Shown piece by piece: positions 1 through 9,255 of a stretch of 64,000 nt of DNA. The DNA is from Candidatus Levyibacteriota bacterium. Its GTDB lineage: Bacteria > Patescibacteriota > Microgenomatia > Levybacterales > UBA12049. The notes under the pieces are model-generated. The model did not search any database. It had not been told where the DNA came from and saw nothing but the letters and a program-made list of their open reading frames with translations. Location of the stretch: the NCBI GenBank assembly GCA_029260905.1, contig JAJDCH010000010.1, positions 13,027 to 77,026 on the forward strand, read 5' to 3'. Every line of letters begins with the position of its first letter. The stretch's first letter is position 1. Both the position numbers and the translations under genes were made by a program.

Positions 1-8
1 ATGAAGAT

Positions 9-563
9 GTGGTTAATCCAAAAGATTATTATCATCTTTTGATGGGTTCATTGCTCCTGAAAATAATGCTTCATCAAGCATCCGATTCCAAGATAACAGA
101 AGGAGTGGTTTTTTTAGATAATGAGTCGGAAACGTTAGATACAGCGCATTACCTACCTGATGTTTTTGATAATTTTATTGATCATGTAGGGGGCTTATTA
201 TCTGCAAGGGGACAGAAGGAGAATATTGCTAAACAAAAAGATTTAGTTCGAAGACAAAGCGATACAATGAAGCATGAGCCTGCAGAACGAATAGCTGTTC
301 AGACAGCATATCATCTTGGTATGAGCAGTGTGCATATGAGAAAAATTATGAATGAAGAGCCAGCGCTTGCGGGTATAATTGCTGTTAAAGATGATCAGCC
401 AACATTTGTTGATTTTACCAAAGAGGGGCTTTTGGACATTATGGATAATTTAGTCAGTCACGCAAACACCATATTGATCGGACTTGGAGGACAAAAAGAT
501 GCGTTAGGAATACATAGCCAGGTTGTTAAAGAGCATAGAAGATTAAACGGGTTTGAGAGTTAG
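9..563 (+). CDS. hypothetical protein; may be 5'-truncated by the window edge
   Basis: ORF of 184 aa that begins 8 nt from the window start. I recognise no motif. Confidence 0.35.
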   Translation: MVNPKDYYHLLMGSLLLKIMLHQASDSKITEGVVFLDNESETLDTAHYLPDVFDNFIDHVGGLLSARGQKENIAKQKDLVRRQSDTMKHEPAERIAVQTAYHLGMSSVHMRKIMNEEPALAGIIAVKDDQPTFVDFTKEGLLDIMDNLVSHANTILIGLGGQKDALGIHSQVVKEHRRLNGFES

Positions 564-587
564 TTTTTTATTCCCTTTAATTTTTGT

Positions 588-2036
588 TTATTCTTCTGGG
601 TTTCTGTTTACCTTATAAAGAGTTGCGGTGCCTGATCTTTTATAAACACTTATTACTTTTTCTTTTTCCAGATTTTTTATTCCTCTGATATATGGATCTC
701 TCTCTGTTACCAGATGTCTGATGTCCCAATGATTTGATGTATCAACGACCATATATTCAGGATTTTTAAACCACCTGAACCAATCGCAAGTTGGCTCACC
801 GCAGGGAGAGTTTTCTTCAAAGTCTTTTTGATTTGGCCAGAGCATATAGATTTTTTCTCTTTGGCTGACATGCGGCAGGATATTGTCCTGAGCAACAACT
901 GATGCGTCTTTGGGAAGATGTTCAAGAACTGTATTTATATTTTTAACAGCTGGTGTCTCAGTCCAAAACCAACTCTTGCTCAAATAGCTAAGAGGCAGAT
1001 GTAATAGATATTGGGCAAGAAGTATGCAGAAAAGAAGATAGAGAGCAATTTTTTTAGAATTTAGCTTTTTATATTTTGCAATTGTTGCAATAGTTGCAAA
1101 GCTCATCAGAGGCGCAAGGGTCACGCGGTAATGAAGAAAAAGCCCCTGCGCGCCAGATACTTTATTTTGCGCAAGTAAAAAATATGATGCCAGATCACCA
1201 AGTGGGGGAATAAGATACAGGGGATTAAGAAGTGGCAGGAAACCATTTGATAATAGTGTGTATAGATAGACATGTCTTTTTTCAATTGAATTAAACATGA
1301 GCGCTGGATCAAGTTTTGTCAAAAGCCCGTTACTATTTGCAAATTTGTATCCGCCCTCTACAAGGAAAGGAAAATAAACTCCAAATACAAATCCGAGATA
1401 TGCAATTGAAGATAGAGCATAGGCAATAGCTATTTTTTTTCTGGTAGTTATGAAATAAACAACTGATATTAAAAATGTTAGTCCTGCTATATTTTCTTTG
1501 GCAGTAATTGCAAGAACAAAAAATAAAATAGTCAGTTTTTTCTTACCACTTATCAAAAAGTAAATAAACCATGCAAGAAAAGCTGTCGCAAATGTGGCGC
1601 TATGAACATCAAACCACAATGCGTTTTGCACCCCATAAAACATCAGATAAGAAATAAGAAGTACTATTTGTAGCCATTCGTGAAGTTTGTATTTTTTGGC
1701 AAGAAGATATATAGCAAGGCCAGACGTGCAAACAAAAACAACCTCAAGCAAGAGAAGCATTCTTGGATCACTCCAGATCCAGTAGAAAGGTGAGATAAGA
1801 GCGTAAACAAGTTCAATATGGATATCAAGTTTTGATTCAAATGCGGCGTGATCAATTGTGGTTACTGGTTCTCTAAATTTACTATACTCCCAGACAACCT
1901 GATCATTTATTCCCAGATCAAATCCATATGATTCATAGTGATTATGGCGGATGATTGAAAGGGTTGAGAATGCAATTATAAATACTAGGCAGATAAAATA
2001 GGGGAGGTATTTTTGGAAAAAGCGAAATAACTTCAT
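588..2036 (-). CDS. DUF2079-like polytopic membrane protein, a putative GT-C-type glycosyltransferase
   Basis: 482 aa with many transmembrane segments. The N-terminal 'YGFDLGINDQVVW' resembles the DUF2079 signature, and there is a Cys-containing soluble C-terminal region. Confidence 0.5.
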   Translation of the reverse strand: MKLFRFFQKYLPYFICLVFIIAFSTLSIIRHNHYESYGFDLGINDQVVWEYSKFREPVTTIDHAAFESKLDIHIELVYALISPFYWIWSDPRMLLLLEVVFVCTSGLAIYLLAKKYKLHEWLQIVLLISYLMFYGVQNALWFDVHSATFATAFLAWFIYFLISGKKKLTILFFVLAITAKENIAGLTFLISVVYFITTRKKIAIAYALSSIAYLGFVFGVYFPFLVEGGYKFANSNGLLTKLDPALMFNSIEKRHVYLYTLLSNGFLPLLNPLYLIPPLGDLASYFLLAQNKVSGAQGLFLHYRVTLAPLMSFATIATIAKYKKLNSKKIALYLLFCILLAQYLLHLPLSYLSKSWFWTETPAVKNINTVLEHLPKDASVVAQDNILPHVSQREKIYMLWPNQKDFEENSPCGEPTCDWFRWFKNPEYMVVDTSNHWDIRHLVTERDPYIRGIKNLEKEKVISVYKRSGTATLYKVNRNPEE

Positions 2037-2063
2037 CTTTGCTATTATACGATTTTTAATCTG

Positions 2064-2651
2064 TTATCCTTCTGGTTCAGGAGGTAAGAATTCTTCTCCT
2101 TGGTTGTCAGCTCTCTCTGGATATTCGCTTGGTTTGAGCCAGTAAATATATGTACACCCTGTTGCTTTTCTTGCCTCACGATCCCAACCTGCTGTTGAGC
2201 ATTTTTTCATTTTTTTACCTGCATTGGTTGTGAAGAGAACAAGCTTTTTTCCGCATTCAGGACAGTCTTCATCCAGTGGCTCAGTTGTTCCATTTATCCA
2301 CTCGACATAATCGCAGCCATCTACTTTTTTGGTTTCTTTATTCCAGACACCAGTACTGCATTTTTTCATTTTTTTACCAAATCTGGTAGTTGCAAGAATC
2401 AATTTGGATTTGCATTTAGGACACTCCTCATCCAATTCTTCAGGTTCTATTTCAAGCCACAAGACATAGTCGCATCCGATATTTTTCTTTTCTTCTGCAT
2501 CCCATGAGCCTTTTGAGCATCTTTGAAGCTTTCTTCCTGTTTTGGTAATAGTTGTTTCTGAAAGGGGAGCGCCACACTTGGGGCAAATATTTTCGTCTGT
2601 TTTATTTTCTTCTGTTTGAGCCATGAGATTTATCATACTTTGTTTTGTCAT
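2064..2651 (-). CDS. protein of three tandem CxxC zinc-ribbon repeats, resembling the topoisomerase-type C4 finger
   Basis: Three repeats of about 55 aa: 'CPKCGAPL..RCSKGSW..GCDYVLWL', 'CPKCKSKL..KCSTGVW..GCDYVEWI' and 'CPECGKKL..KCSTAGW..GCTYIYWL'. Each has four Cys. Confidence 0.6.
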   Translation of the reverse strand: MTKQSMINLMAQTEENKTDENICPKCGAPLSETTITKTGRKLQRCSKGSWDAEEKKNIGCDYVLWLEIEPEELDEECPKCKSKLILATTRFGKKMKKCSTGVWNKETKKVDGCDYVEWINGTTEPLDEDCPECGKKLVLFTTNAGKKMKKCSTAGWDREARKATGCTYIYWLKPSEYPERADNQGEEFLPPEPEG

Positions 2652-2712
2652 CTTAAGTCAAGCGTGTCTTGTATCTATGCATTTTTACTAGCCTCTGATA
2701 TGATATCGCTCT

Positions 2713-3906
2713 ATGGTAAAAATGTTTCGGAATAATAGAAATACTTTGATAATTGCATTAATTGCAGTCGTAAATGCGCTTGGCTATGGAATCATTATTC
2801 CTATTCAGTATTCATACGGTCTGACATATGGATTGTCTGATTTTCAAAATGGGCTACTTTTCTCGCTTTTTTCTTTCTGTCAATTTTTGGCAACTCCAAT
2901 TATTGGCAGACTTTCTGACAAATACGGAAGAAGACCTCTTCTGATCACATCTATTGCAGGAACTGCTCTTTCGTTTTTTATGATGGCTTTTGCGCCAAAT
3001 GCTTTATTTCTTTTTATCGCAAGAGCTCTTGATGGAATAACAGCAGGCAACATCCCTGTTGCATCAGCCGTAATATCTGATACAACGACCAAGGAAAATA
3101 GAGCAAGAGGATTTGGGATAATTGGCGCGTCATTTGGTTTTGGATTTGTTTTTGGTCCTGCTATATCAGGGCTAACTGTGGGGATATCATCACATCTGCC
3201 ATTTATTATCGCTGGAACAATTGCATTGATTGCTGTTGTGATTACAACAATTTTTTTACCTGAAACAAACAAGCACATCGGAGAGGTTAAGAAGGAAAAG
3301 CTATTTAATTTTAAAGCGCTTTGGCACTCACTTTTTGCGCCAGCTACTGGTCCTGTTTTTTTGATAACATTTTTTTATTTTCTGGCATTTGCTTGCGCTA
3401 TTATCTATGGATTTCAACCATTTACTCAGAAAATACTAGGAGTCACTATCACACAAAATGCTTATCTCTTTACGCTTTTTGGGACTATCGGGCTTTTATC
3501 TCAAGTTTTTCTGGTTCAGAGATTTGTCAAAAAATTTGGATTAAGAAAAGCTTTTTCATCAGCAATTATCATTACTGCTGGTTCTTTTTTGTTGATGTTT
3601 TTAAGCCGTTCACTGGCTGTTTTTGTTATAGCAGCAGTGGGGCTTGGTCTTTTCAATGGATTTGCACAAACTCTTATTCCAACCATTCTTTCTAGGGAAA
3701 CAGACGAAAGATCTCAGGGAACTATGCTGGGTCTTAACGCGTCTTATCAAAGTATGGGCATGATTTTTGGTCCGATTTTGGGAGGAGTTCTTGCGACATT
3801 TGCAATTCCTCTTCCGCTTCTGGCAGGCGCAGTGATACTTTTGCTTTGTTTTTTCTTGTCATTTAGGGTTCTCAGACCTGGAGTTCATAAAGAGTCAGCT
3901 TTTTAG
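2713..3906 (+). CDS. MFS transporter
   Basis: About 12 transmembrane segments and the MFS loop motif 'GRLSDKYGRRPLL'. Confidence 0.8.
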   Translation: MVKMFRNNRNTLIIALIAVVNALGYGIIIPIQYSYGLTYGLSDFQNGLLFSLFSFCQFLATPIIGRLSDKYGRRPLLITSIAGTALSFFMMAFAPNALFLFIARALDGITAGNIPVASAVISDTTTKENRARGFGIIGASFGFGFVFGPAISGLTVGISSHLPFIIAGTIALIAVVITTIFLPETNKHIGEVKKEKLFNFKALWHSLFAPATGPVFLITFFYFLAFACAIIYGFQPFTQKILGVTITQNAYLFTLFGTIGLLSQVFLVQRFVKKFGLRKAFSSAIIITAGSFLLMFLSRSLAVFVIAAVGLGLFNGFAQTLIPTILSRETDERSQGTMLGLNASYQSMGMIFGPILGGVLATFAIPLPLLAGAVILLLCFFLSFRVLRPGVHKESAF

Positions 3907-3964
3907 TAAATCTCAAAAAGTGCTATAATGATAGTATAAACTGCAATAGGAGTGTGAGTATGAT

Positions 3965-4588
3965 TTGACAGAACACAAGATCGGCAGGAGAGAGTTTTTA
4001 CGAAGGGTAACTGTACTAGGTGGGGGTTATCTTCTTGGTCTTGGGCGTTTGGGAAACACAAAAGAGCCTTCTCCCAATTCTTCGGTAAAAGGACTCATTG
4101 ACAGAAAAAGTAATGCTGGATCAGAACCTGTTGATGTTTCTGCTCTAGCACCTCAAATAAGCGCAGAGGATTTAGAAAAAGCTCAGAAAAATTTTTTCCC
4201 TGTTCAAGGAATCATCAAAGAAATTCTTCCAAATGATAAGGGAGGATGGTATGTCAAATGCGAGCCAACAGAAGAGCAAAAAGCAATTCCTGCTTGCAGT
4301 GCCTGGGAATGGTTTAAGCTAGGATTTGACGTTCCTGGTAGTCAGGAAGATATAAATAAATTTCGGGCTGATTTTGCCAGACATGTTGGAAGAGTTCTGA
4401 GTACAAATATTCCAATTCCACCTAATGTTTTAGATTATATTGAACCAGATAACTTTACTTCAGATTTGAAAGAAAAGAGAACAGCAGAAAGAATCGTAGA
4501 GGATATTTCCGTTAAAAATTGGTTTCAGATTTTGTATAGACAAGATCTTTATTTTACTAAAGTATCAAGGGATATTGAGATTTTTTGA
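3965..4588 (+). CDS. hypothetical exported protein with a twin-arginine-like signal and a TTG start
   Basis: The N-terminus 'MTEHKIGRREFLRRVTVLGGGYLLGL' matches the Tat consensus R-R-x-F-L. The first codon is TTG. Confidence 0.4.
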   Translation: MTEHKIGRREFLRRVTVLGGGYLLGLGRLGNTKEPSPNSSVKGLIDRKSNAGSEPVDVSALAPQISAEDLEKAQKNFFPVQGIIKEILPNDKGGWYVKCEPTEEQKAIPACSAWEWFKLGFDVPGSQEDINKFRADFARHVGRVLSTNIPIPPNVLDYIEPDNFTSDLKEKRTAERIVEDISVKNWFQILYRQDLYFTKVSRDIEIF

Positions 4589-4639
4589 AATAGATTTTAT
4601 TCTTCATATTTTTATATTCACTTTTGTTATAATAAAAAA

Positions 4640-5623
4640 ATGAAGAATTTCAAAAATGCCAAAAGTAACCTGAGACTGTTTTTAACCGGATTTGGGATGG
4701 GAGCTGCCGATCTAATACCAGGTGTGTCTGGTGGAACGATTGCGTTTTTATCTGGAATTTATGAAGAGCTTTTGTATTCAATAAAATTAATTACAGGAGA
4801 AGCGCTGGGTTTGGTTTTGAAAGGGAAAATAATAAAAGCCTTCAAGATAATTCCTTTTAAATTTTTAATTCCGCTTGCTTTGGGAATTTTTAGTGCAATT
4901 TTTGTACTCGCCAATCTTTTTTCATATCTTCTTAGCAATCAAGCCGTATATGTTTGGTCTTTTTTCTTTGGGCTCGTATTGGTGTCTGTTTTTGTGATTC
5001 TCAAAAGAATTGTGAAGTGGGATTTGTCAGATAAAATAAGCTTTGCTATCTCAACTGTTTTTGCTTATTTTTTAGTAGGGCTCGTACCAGGCGAGACACC
5101 TGCAGCTCTTGTTTATTTTTTCTTAAGTGGGATGGTTGCTATAACTGCGATGATTCTTCCTGGTATTTCTGGATCATTTATACTTCTACTTCTTGGAAAA
5201 TATCAACAGGTGCTTAATGCTGTGACACAGCGTGATTTTTTAACTCTTGGTGTATTTATTCTTGGCGCGCTCGTAGGGCTCGGGCTTTTTGCAAGAGTTC
5301 TCTCATGGCTTTTTAAAAACCATCATGATATTTCAGTTGTTGTTTTGGCAGGATTTATGCTTGGCTCAATCAGAAAGCTTTGGCCATGGCAGGAGATTGT
5401 TGCAACCAGACTAAATAGTCATAATGAGATGGTGCCAGTTGTGGTTAAAAATGTTTTGCCGCAAAATTTTGATTTTTCTTTTGTTGCAGCTGTTATCCTT
5501 GCTGTGATTGCAGGTTATATTATTTTTTATCTTGATAAAATTCAAGTTGTGAAAGAAAAAGTAAAAGACGTAGAAAGTGATAAGTTTGAAAAGCATCACA
5601 AAAAAGCGCTCAAAAACCAGTAA
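4640..5623 (+). CDS. DUF368 family membrane protein
   Basis: Duplicated motif 'PGVSGGT...' and 'PGISGSF...' in a polytopic membrane protein. Confidence 0.65.
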   Translation: MKNFKNAKSNLRLFLTGFGMGAADLIPGVSGGTIAFLSGIYEELLYSIKLITGEALGLVLKGKIIKAFKIIPFKFLIPLALGIFSAIFVLANLFSYLLSNQAVYVWSFFFGLVLVSVFVILKRIVKWDLSDKISFAISTVFAYFLVGLVPGETPAALVYFFLSGMVAITAMILPGISGSFILLLLGKYQQVLNAVTQRDFLTLGVFILGALVGLGLFARVLSWLFKNHHDISVVVLAGFMLGSIRKLWPWQEIVATRLNSHNEMVPVVVKNVLPQNFDFSFVAAVILAVIAGYIIFYLDKIQVVKEKVKDVESDKFEKHHKKALKNQ

Positions 5624-5628
5624 AGCAT

Positions 5629-6909
5629 TTATAGCTTGGATACTTTTTTAAGATTTTTTACCAAAATTTCAATTCCCTTATCAGCTTCGTTTTTTGTGAT
5701 AATAATAGGGGGCATAACTAATATAGTTGAACTTCTGCCAGACCAGACAATATGCAATCCATCTGCCTGAGAGAACTTTTTGACTTTTATGGCAGCCTGA
5801 TTATTTGGTTTCTTGGATTTTTTATCAGTAATAAGTTCTACTCCTATTTCAAGTCCGGCTCCTCTGATATCTCCGACAATTTCTAGGTGAGTTAATTCTT
5901 GTTTTAGTTTTTCAAGCATGTAATTGCCCATCTCTTTTGCTTTTTCAATTAGGTTTTCTTTTTGGATAATCTCAAGTATTTTTGCTGCGGCAACAACAGA
6001 CAGGGTATGCCAACCAAAAGTAGAAGTCCCTCCTTTGCCAAGCATGCTATTTGCTATTTTTCTTGATGTGGCAACAGCACCCATCCCGCCATATCCGTTG
6101 GTAATTCCTTTTGCAAAAGTGATGATATCTGGTTCAAAATCAAAATGCTCAAAACCAAACATCCGTCCAGTTCTTGCAAATCCTGTCCCAACCTCATCAA
6201 TTATAAGAAGTACATCATTATCATCACAAATTTTTCGAAGATTTTTGAAAAAGTTTTTCTGCGGGATGATAACACCTGGGCAAGTCTGAATTGCCTCGCA
6301 AAGAAATGCTGCTACATTTCCCTCAGACTCTATTTTTTCCTTAATTTCTTTTAGACACCTTTTGGAACATTCTTCATCCGTTATGTTTTCACCATAGGTG
6401 GATTTATAGTTATATGGAGGCTGTATTTTTATAAATCCTGGAACAAGAGGCTTAAAAGGATTTGTGGTTTTTTCGGAATTTCCAAGCGAGATAGATCCAA
6501 ATGTCTGTCCATGATATTCGTTATGAAAAGAAAGAACTTTTTTCTTACCTGTGTATGCTCTTGCTATTTTAAGAGCCAGCTCATTTGATTCAGTGCCACC
6601 AGTTGTTTTGAAAAAAGTGTTAGTGCGTTTGGGGAGAAATTTTTGCAAAGACTTTGCATAGTTAACAACTACATCTGTTGAGCACCACATGGGGGAGTAG
6701 GGGAATTTGGTCATTTGCTCTGTGATGGCATCAGCGATTTCTGGCCTGCTCCAACCGATATTTACGACATTCCAGCCTGATGTAAAGTCAATATATTTTT
6801 TGCCCGACTCATCAACAAGAGTTGATCCATAAGCTTTTTTAAGAACAAACCCCTCTCGATCTTCAACAGTCTCGCCAAGAAGCATTCGTTCTTGAAGATA
6901 GGTGTCCAT
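5629..6909 (-). CDS. class-III PLP-dependent aminotransferase, ArgD/GabT-like
   Basis: 'DEVGTGFARTGRMFGFEHFDFEPDIITFAKG' is the class-III aminotransferase signature. The ORF extends to 6930 with a TTG codon. The ATG at 6909 is the more likely start. Confidence 0.8.
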   Translation of the reverse strand: MDTYLQERMLLGETVEDREGFVLKKAYGSTLVDESGKKYIDFTSGWNVVNIGWSRPEIADAITEQMTKFPYSPMWCSTDVVVNYAKSLQKFLPKRTNTFFKTTGGTESNELALKIARAYTGKKKVLSFHNEYHGQTFGSISLGNSEKTTNPFKPLVPGFIKIQPPYNYKSTYGENITDEECSKRCLKEIKEKIESEGNVAAFLCEAIQTCPGVIIPQKNFFKNLRKICDDNDVLLIIDEVGTGFARTGRMFGFEHFDFEPDIITFAKGITNGYGGMGAVATSRKIANSMLGKGGTSTFGWHTLSVVAAAKILEIIQKENLIEKAKEMGNYMLEKLKQELTHLEIVGDIRGAGLEIGVELITDKKSKKPNNQAAIKVKKFSQADGLHIVWSGRSSTILVMPPIIITKNEADKGIEILVKNLKKVSKL

Positions 6910-6973
6910 ATTGAAATAATTATACACCAATGCTTTCCCAATTACTTATTTTGAGATTTTTTGGCTTTGATTC

Positions 6974-6982
6974 TGCTATAAT
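6974..6982 (+). promoter_or_regulatory. putative extended -10 promoter (TGcTATAAT) for ychF
   Basis: TGCTATAAT sits 8 nt upstream of the ychF ATG, which implies a near-leaderless transcript. Confidence 0.3.
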
Positions 6983-6989
6983 CACAATT

Positions 6990-8093
6990 ATGAATTTATC
7001 TATCGGTATTGTTGGGTTGCCCAACATTGGTAAATCTACATTGTTTAACGCGCTTCTTAAGAAGCAGGCTGCTCTGGCTGCCAATTATCCATTTGCGACA
7101 ATTGAGCCCAATGTCGGGATCGTTCCTGTGCCGGACAAGAGGCTTGAGACATTGGGAGAAATCACCAAAACTGAGGAGAAAATGACTGAGTTGCCGCCAA
7201 TAAAACCTGCTACAGTTGAGTTTTACGATATCGCAGGGCTGGTCAAGGGAGCATCGGAGGGAGCGGGACTTGGGAATAAATTTTTATCCCATATCAGAGA
7301 AGTATCAGTGATCGCACACGTGGTTCGCGCATTTACTGACCCAGATGTGATCAAAGAGGGAGCAGTTGATCCCAAGAGTGATTATGAAGTTATCAATGCG
7401 GAGTTGATCATCTCAGACTTACAGACACTTGAGAAAGTAAATTTGAAAAAGCATGAATCAGAAATTAAGAATTATGGAGAAGTGATAGAAAGACTGAAAG
7501 AAGCCTTGAATAAGGGCATATCTGCAAGAGATGTTGATTTGTCAGATGAGGAAAGAGATGCTGTAAAAGATCTTTTTCTTTTATCAAGTAAACCTGAGAT
7601 AACGGTTCTGAATTTGTCTGAGGATCAGTATACCCCTCAGGGAATTGATGAGATGGTTTCAGAATACGCAAGGGGTTTGGCTATAGATTCAGAAAATATG
7701 GTGGCGATTTCTGCCAAGATAGAGTCAGAGCTGGCTTCTTTATCAATGGAGGAGCAGAAAGAGTATTTAGGCGATATTGGTCTTCAGGAGTCAGGACTGG
7801 AGAGGTTGATTCAAAAAGCTTATGAAAAACTTGGTTTGATTTCATTTTTGACAGCAGGTGAGAAAGAGGTCCGTGCATGGACAACTAGACTCAGTGCAAC
7901 TGCGCCTGAGGCAGCAGGGGAGATACATACAGATTTTACCAAAAAATTTATCAAGGCAGAGGTCGTGAGTTTTGAAGATTTTGTTGAGAATAACGGTTGG
8001 AAAGGCGCGCGGGAGAAGGGCAAAGCAAGGCTTGAGGGAAAAGACTACATTATGAAGGATGGAGATGTGGTGGAGTTTAAGATCGGTGCATAG
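6990..8093 (+). CDS. ychF: ribosome-binding ATPase YchF (Obg-family GTPase)
   Basis: 'MNLSIGIVGLPNIGKSTLFNALL' contains the G1 P-loop. There is a TGS-like C-terminus ending DGDVVEFKIGA. The start is chosen at the internal Met 6990. Confidence 0.9.
   Translation: MNLSIGIVGLPNIGKSTLFNALLKKQAALAANYPFATIEPNVGIVPVPDKRLETLGEITKTEEKMTELPPIKPATVEFYDIAGLVKGASEGAGLGNKFLSHIREVSVIAHVVRAFTDPDVIKEGAVDPKSDYEVINAELIISDLQTLEKVNLKKHESEIKNYGEVIERLKEALNKGISARDVDLSDEERDAVKDLFLLSSKPEITVLNLSEDQYTPQGIDEMVSEYARGLAIDSENMVAISAKIESELASLSMEEQKEYLGDIGLQESGLERLIQKAYEKLGLISFLTAGEKEVRAWTTRLSATAPEAAGEIHTDFTKKFIKAEVVSFEDFVENNGWKGAREKGKARLEGKDYIMKDGDVVEFKIGA
8058..8086 (+). repeat. direct repeat copy 1, the last codons of ychF
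   Basis: gatggagatgtggtggagtttaagatcgg, followed by tgcatag (stop). Confidence 0.7.
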
Positions 8094-8104
8094 TTATTTA
8101 GAGT

Positions 8105-9175
8105 ATGAGTTCTGAAAGAGATAATTACAGAGGTCAGGAAAGAAATTATTTGAATCCTAGTAGAAGTCCTTTTTGGCAACGTACTCGTCTTAGTGGGCCT
8201 GATAAATTCAATCTGTATGGCCCAAGAAAAAAGCTTAAAGATTTTTATCTCGAGGCAAGTGCAACAGGGGAAGTATTTGAATTTTTTGTCTACAAAACAT
8301 TGCCTCTTGAATTTGCAGATCTTGTTGATATACCCCATGATGAGGTCGAGATAGAAGAGGTTATATTTCGAACAGGAAGATTATACGTTCCAGAAAAGAG
8401 AAGCATATCATTCAGAAAAATATTTAACTCTGAAGATAGAGGTCCTGAAATTTCTCGTGCTGTGCCTATGAGTAGTGCTGATAGTGAAGTGATGACCTTT
8501 TTAGCGTATACTCTTGTTGCAAATGAGAGATATAGAGAATTAACACCTGATGAGTTAAACACCAAATCAAGTGAAGTAATTTTGAAAAAAACAGGAGTTT
8601 TAAATCGATTATCTCAGTCTGGATTTCCTGATTTAGTCTCAGAAGAAAATGCTGAAATTATAAGTAGGGTTATTCCTGAGGATATGAAGGATAAATTCTA
8701 TGGTTCTGTTGCTGATTGGTTGACACATCTCGCCTTGTATTCAGTAGCTAAAAATTCATCTCTAAGAGGCAAGTATGTATTCCCTTTTCCTTATTTAATT
8801 AGTGACGAGAGGCTTCCGCATCCTGATTTTCTGCCATATATGGGAAAATCACTTTTGGAATTTGGATATCTGCTTGGTTCTGTTCTTACAAAAGGGGTAA
8901 ACTATCATGCAGAAGTACTAGTATCAGCAGGTGAAAATTATCTGAAATTGTGTGAAAAAGTTTTGTCTCCGAGCAAGCAGGTAAAAAATAGAGATAGATT
9001 AATGGCTGAGGTGAATAGCTTTAAGTTAGATTATATAAGCCTTTTGAAGTTTTATCAAAAATATCCTGGTTTACTAAATCAGAGTAAAATATCTCCTAAG
9101 GATGAAGAGCCCAATTTGTCTACTACAGAGGAAATTATAGGAAAAGTACAAAAAGTTATAAAAAAATATTCTTAA
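8105..9175 (+). CDS. hypothetical protein that lies between the duplicated ychF 3' ends
   Basis: 356 aa with no motif I recognise. It begins 11 nt after the ychF stop. Confidence 0.5.
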   Translation: MSSERDNYRGQERNYLNPSRSPFWQRTRLSGPDKFNLYGPRKKLKDFYLEASATGEVFEFFVYKTLPLEFADLVDIPHDEVEIEEVIFRTGRLYVPEKRSISFRKIFNSEDRGPEISRAVPMSSADSEVMTFLAYTLVANERYRELTPDELNTKSSEVILKKTGVLNRLSQSGFPDLVSEENAEIISRVIPEDMKDKFYGSVADWLTHLALYSVAKNSSLRGKYVFPFPYLISDERLPHPDFLPYMGKSLLEFGYLLGSVLTKGVNYHAEVLVSAGENYLKLCEKVLSPSKQVKNRDRLMAEVNSFKLDYISLLKFYQKYPGLLNQSKISPKDEEPNLSTTEEIIGKVQKVIKKYS

Positions 9176-9226
9176 GTTAGTTGGGTTGTTGAGGTTAAAG
9201 AGATGAAAAAATAGAATTATTTGCTT

Positions 9227-9255
9227 GATGGAGATGTGGTGGAGTTCAAGATCGG
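9227..9255 (+). repeat. direct repeat copy 2, a relic ychF 3' end
   Basis: gatggagatgtggtggagttcaagatcgg, followed by cagctaa. It matches copy 1 at 28 of 29 positions. In frame it reads DGDVVEFKIGS-stop. Confidence 0.7.

Noticed and set aside
2880-3278. Antisense ORF of 132 aa inside the MFS transporter. The many similar antisense or alternative-frame ORFs in the track include 26404-26739, 17932-18299 and 61534-61969.
   Set aside because: They are embedded in confidently assigned genes on the other strand or frame, with no independent motif. These are typical artefacts of low-GC sequence.
6930-6989. The annotated upstream extension of ychF (MLSQLLILRFFGFDSAIITI) and the TTG-initiated extension of the aminotransferase overlap at 6930.
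   Set aside because: YchF family proteins begin right at the G1 motif, here MNLSIGIVGLPNIGKST. The aminotransferase has an ATG at 6909. The extensions would make divergent genes overlap at their starts, so they are rejected as artefacts.
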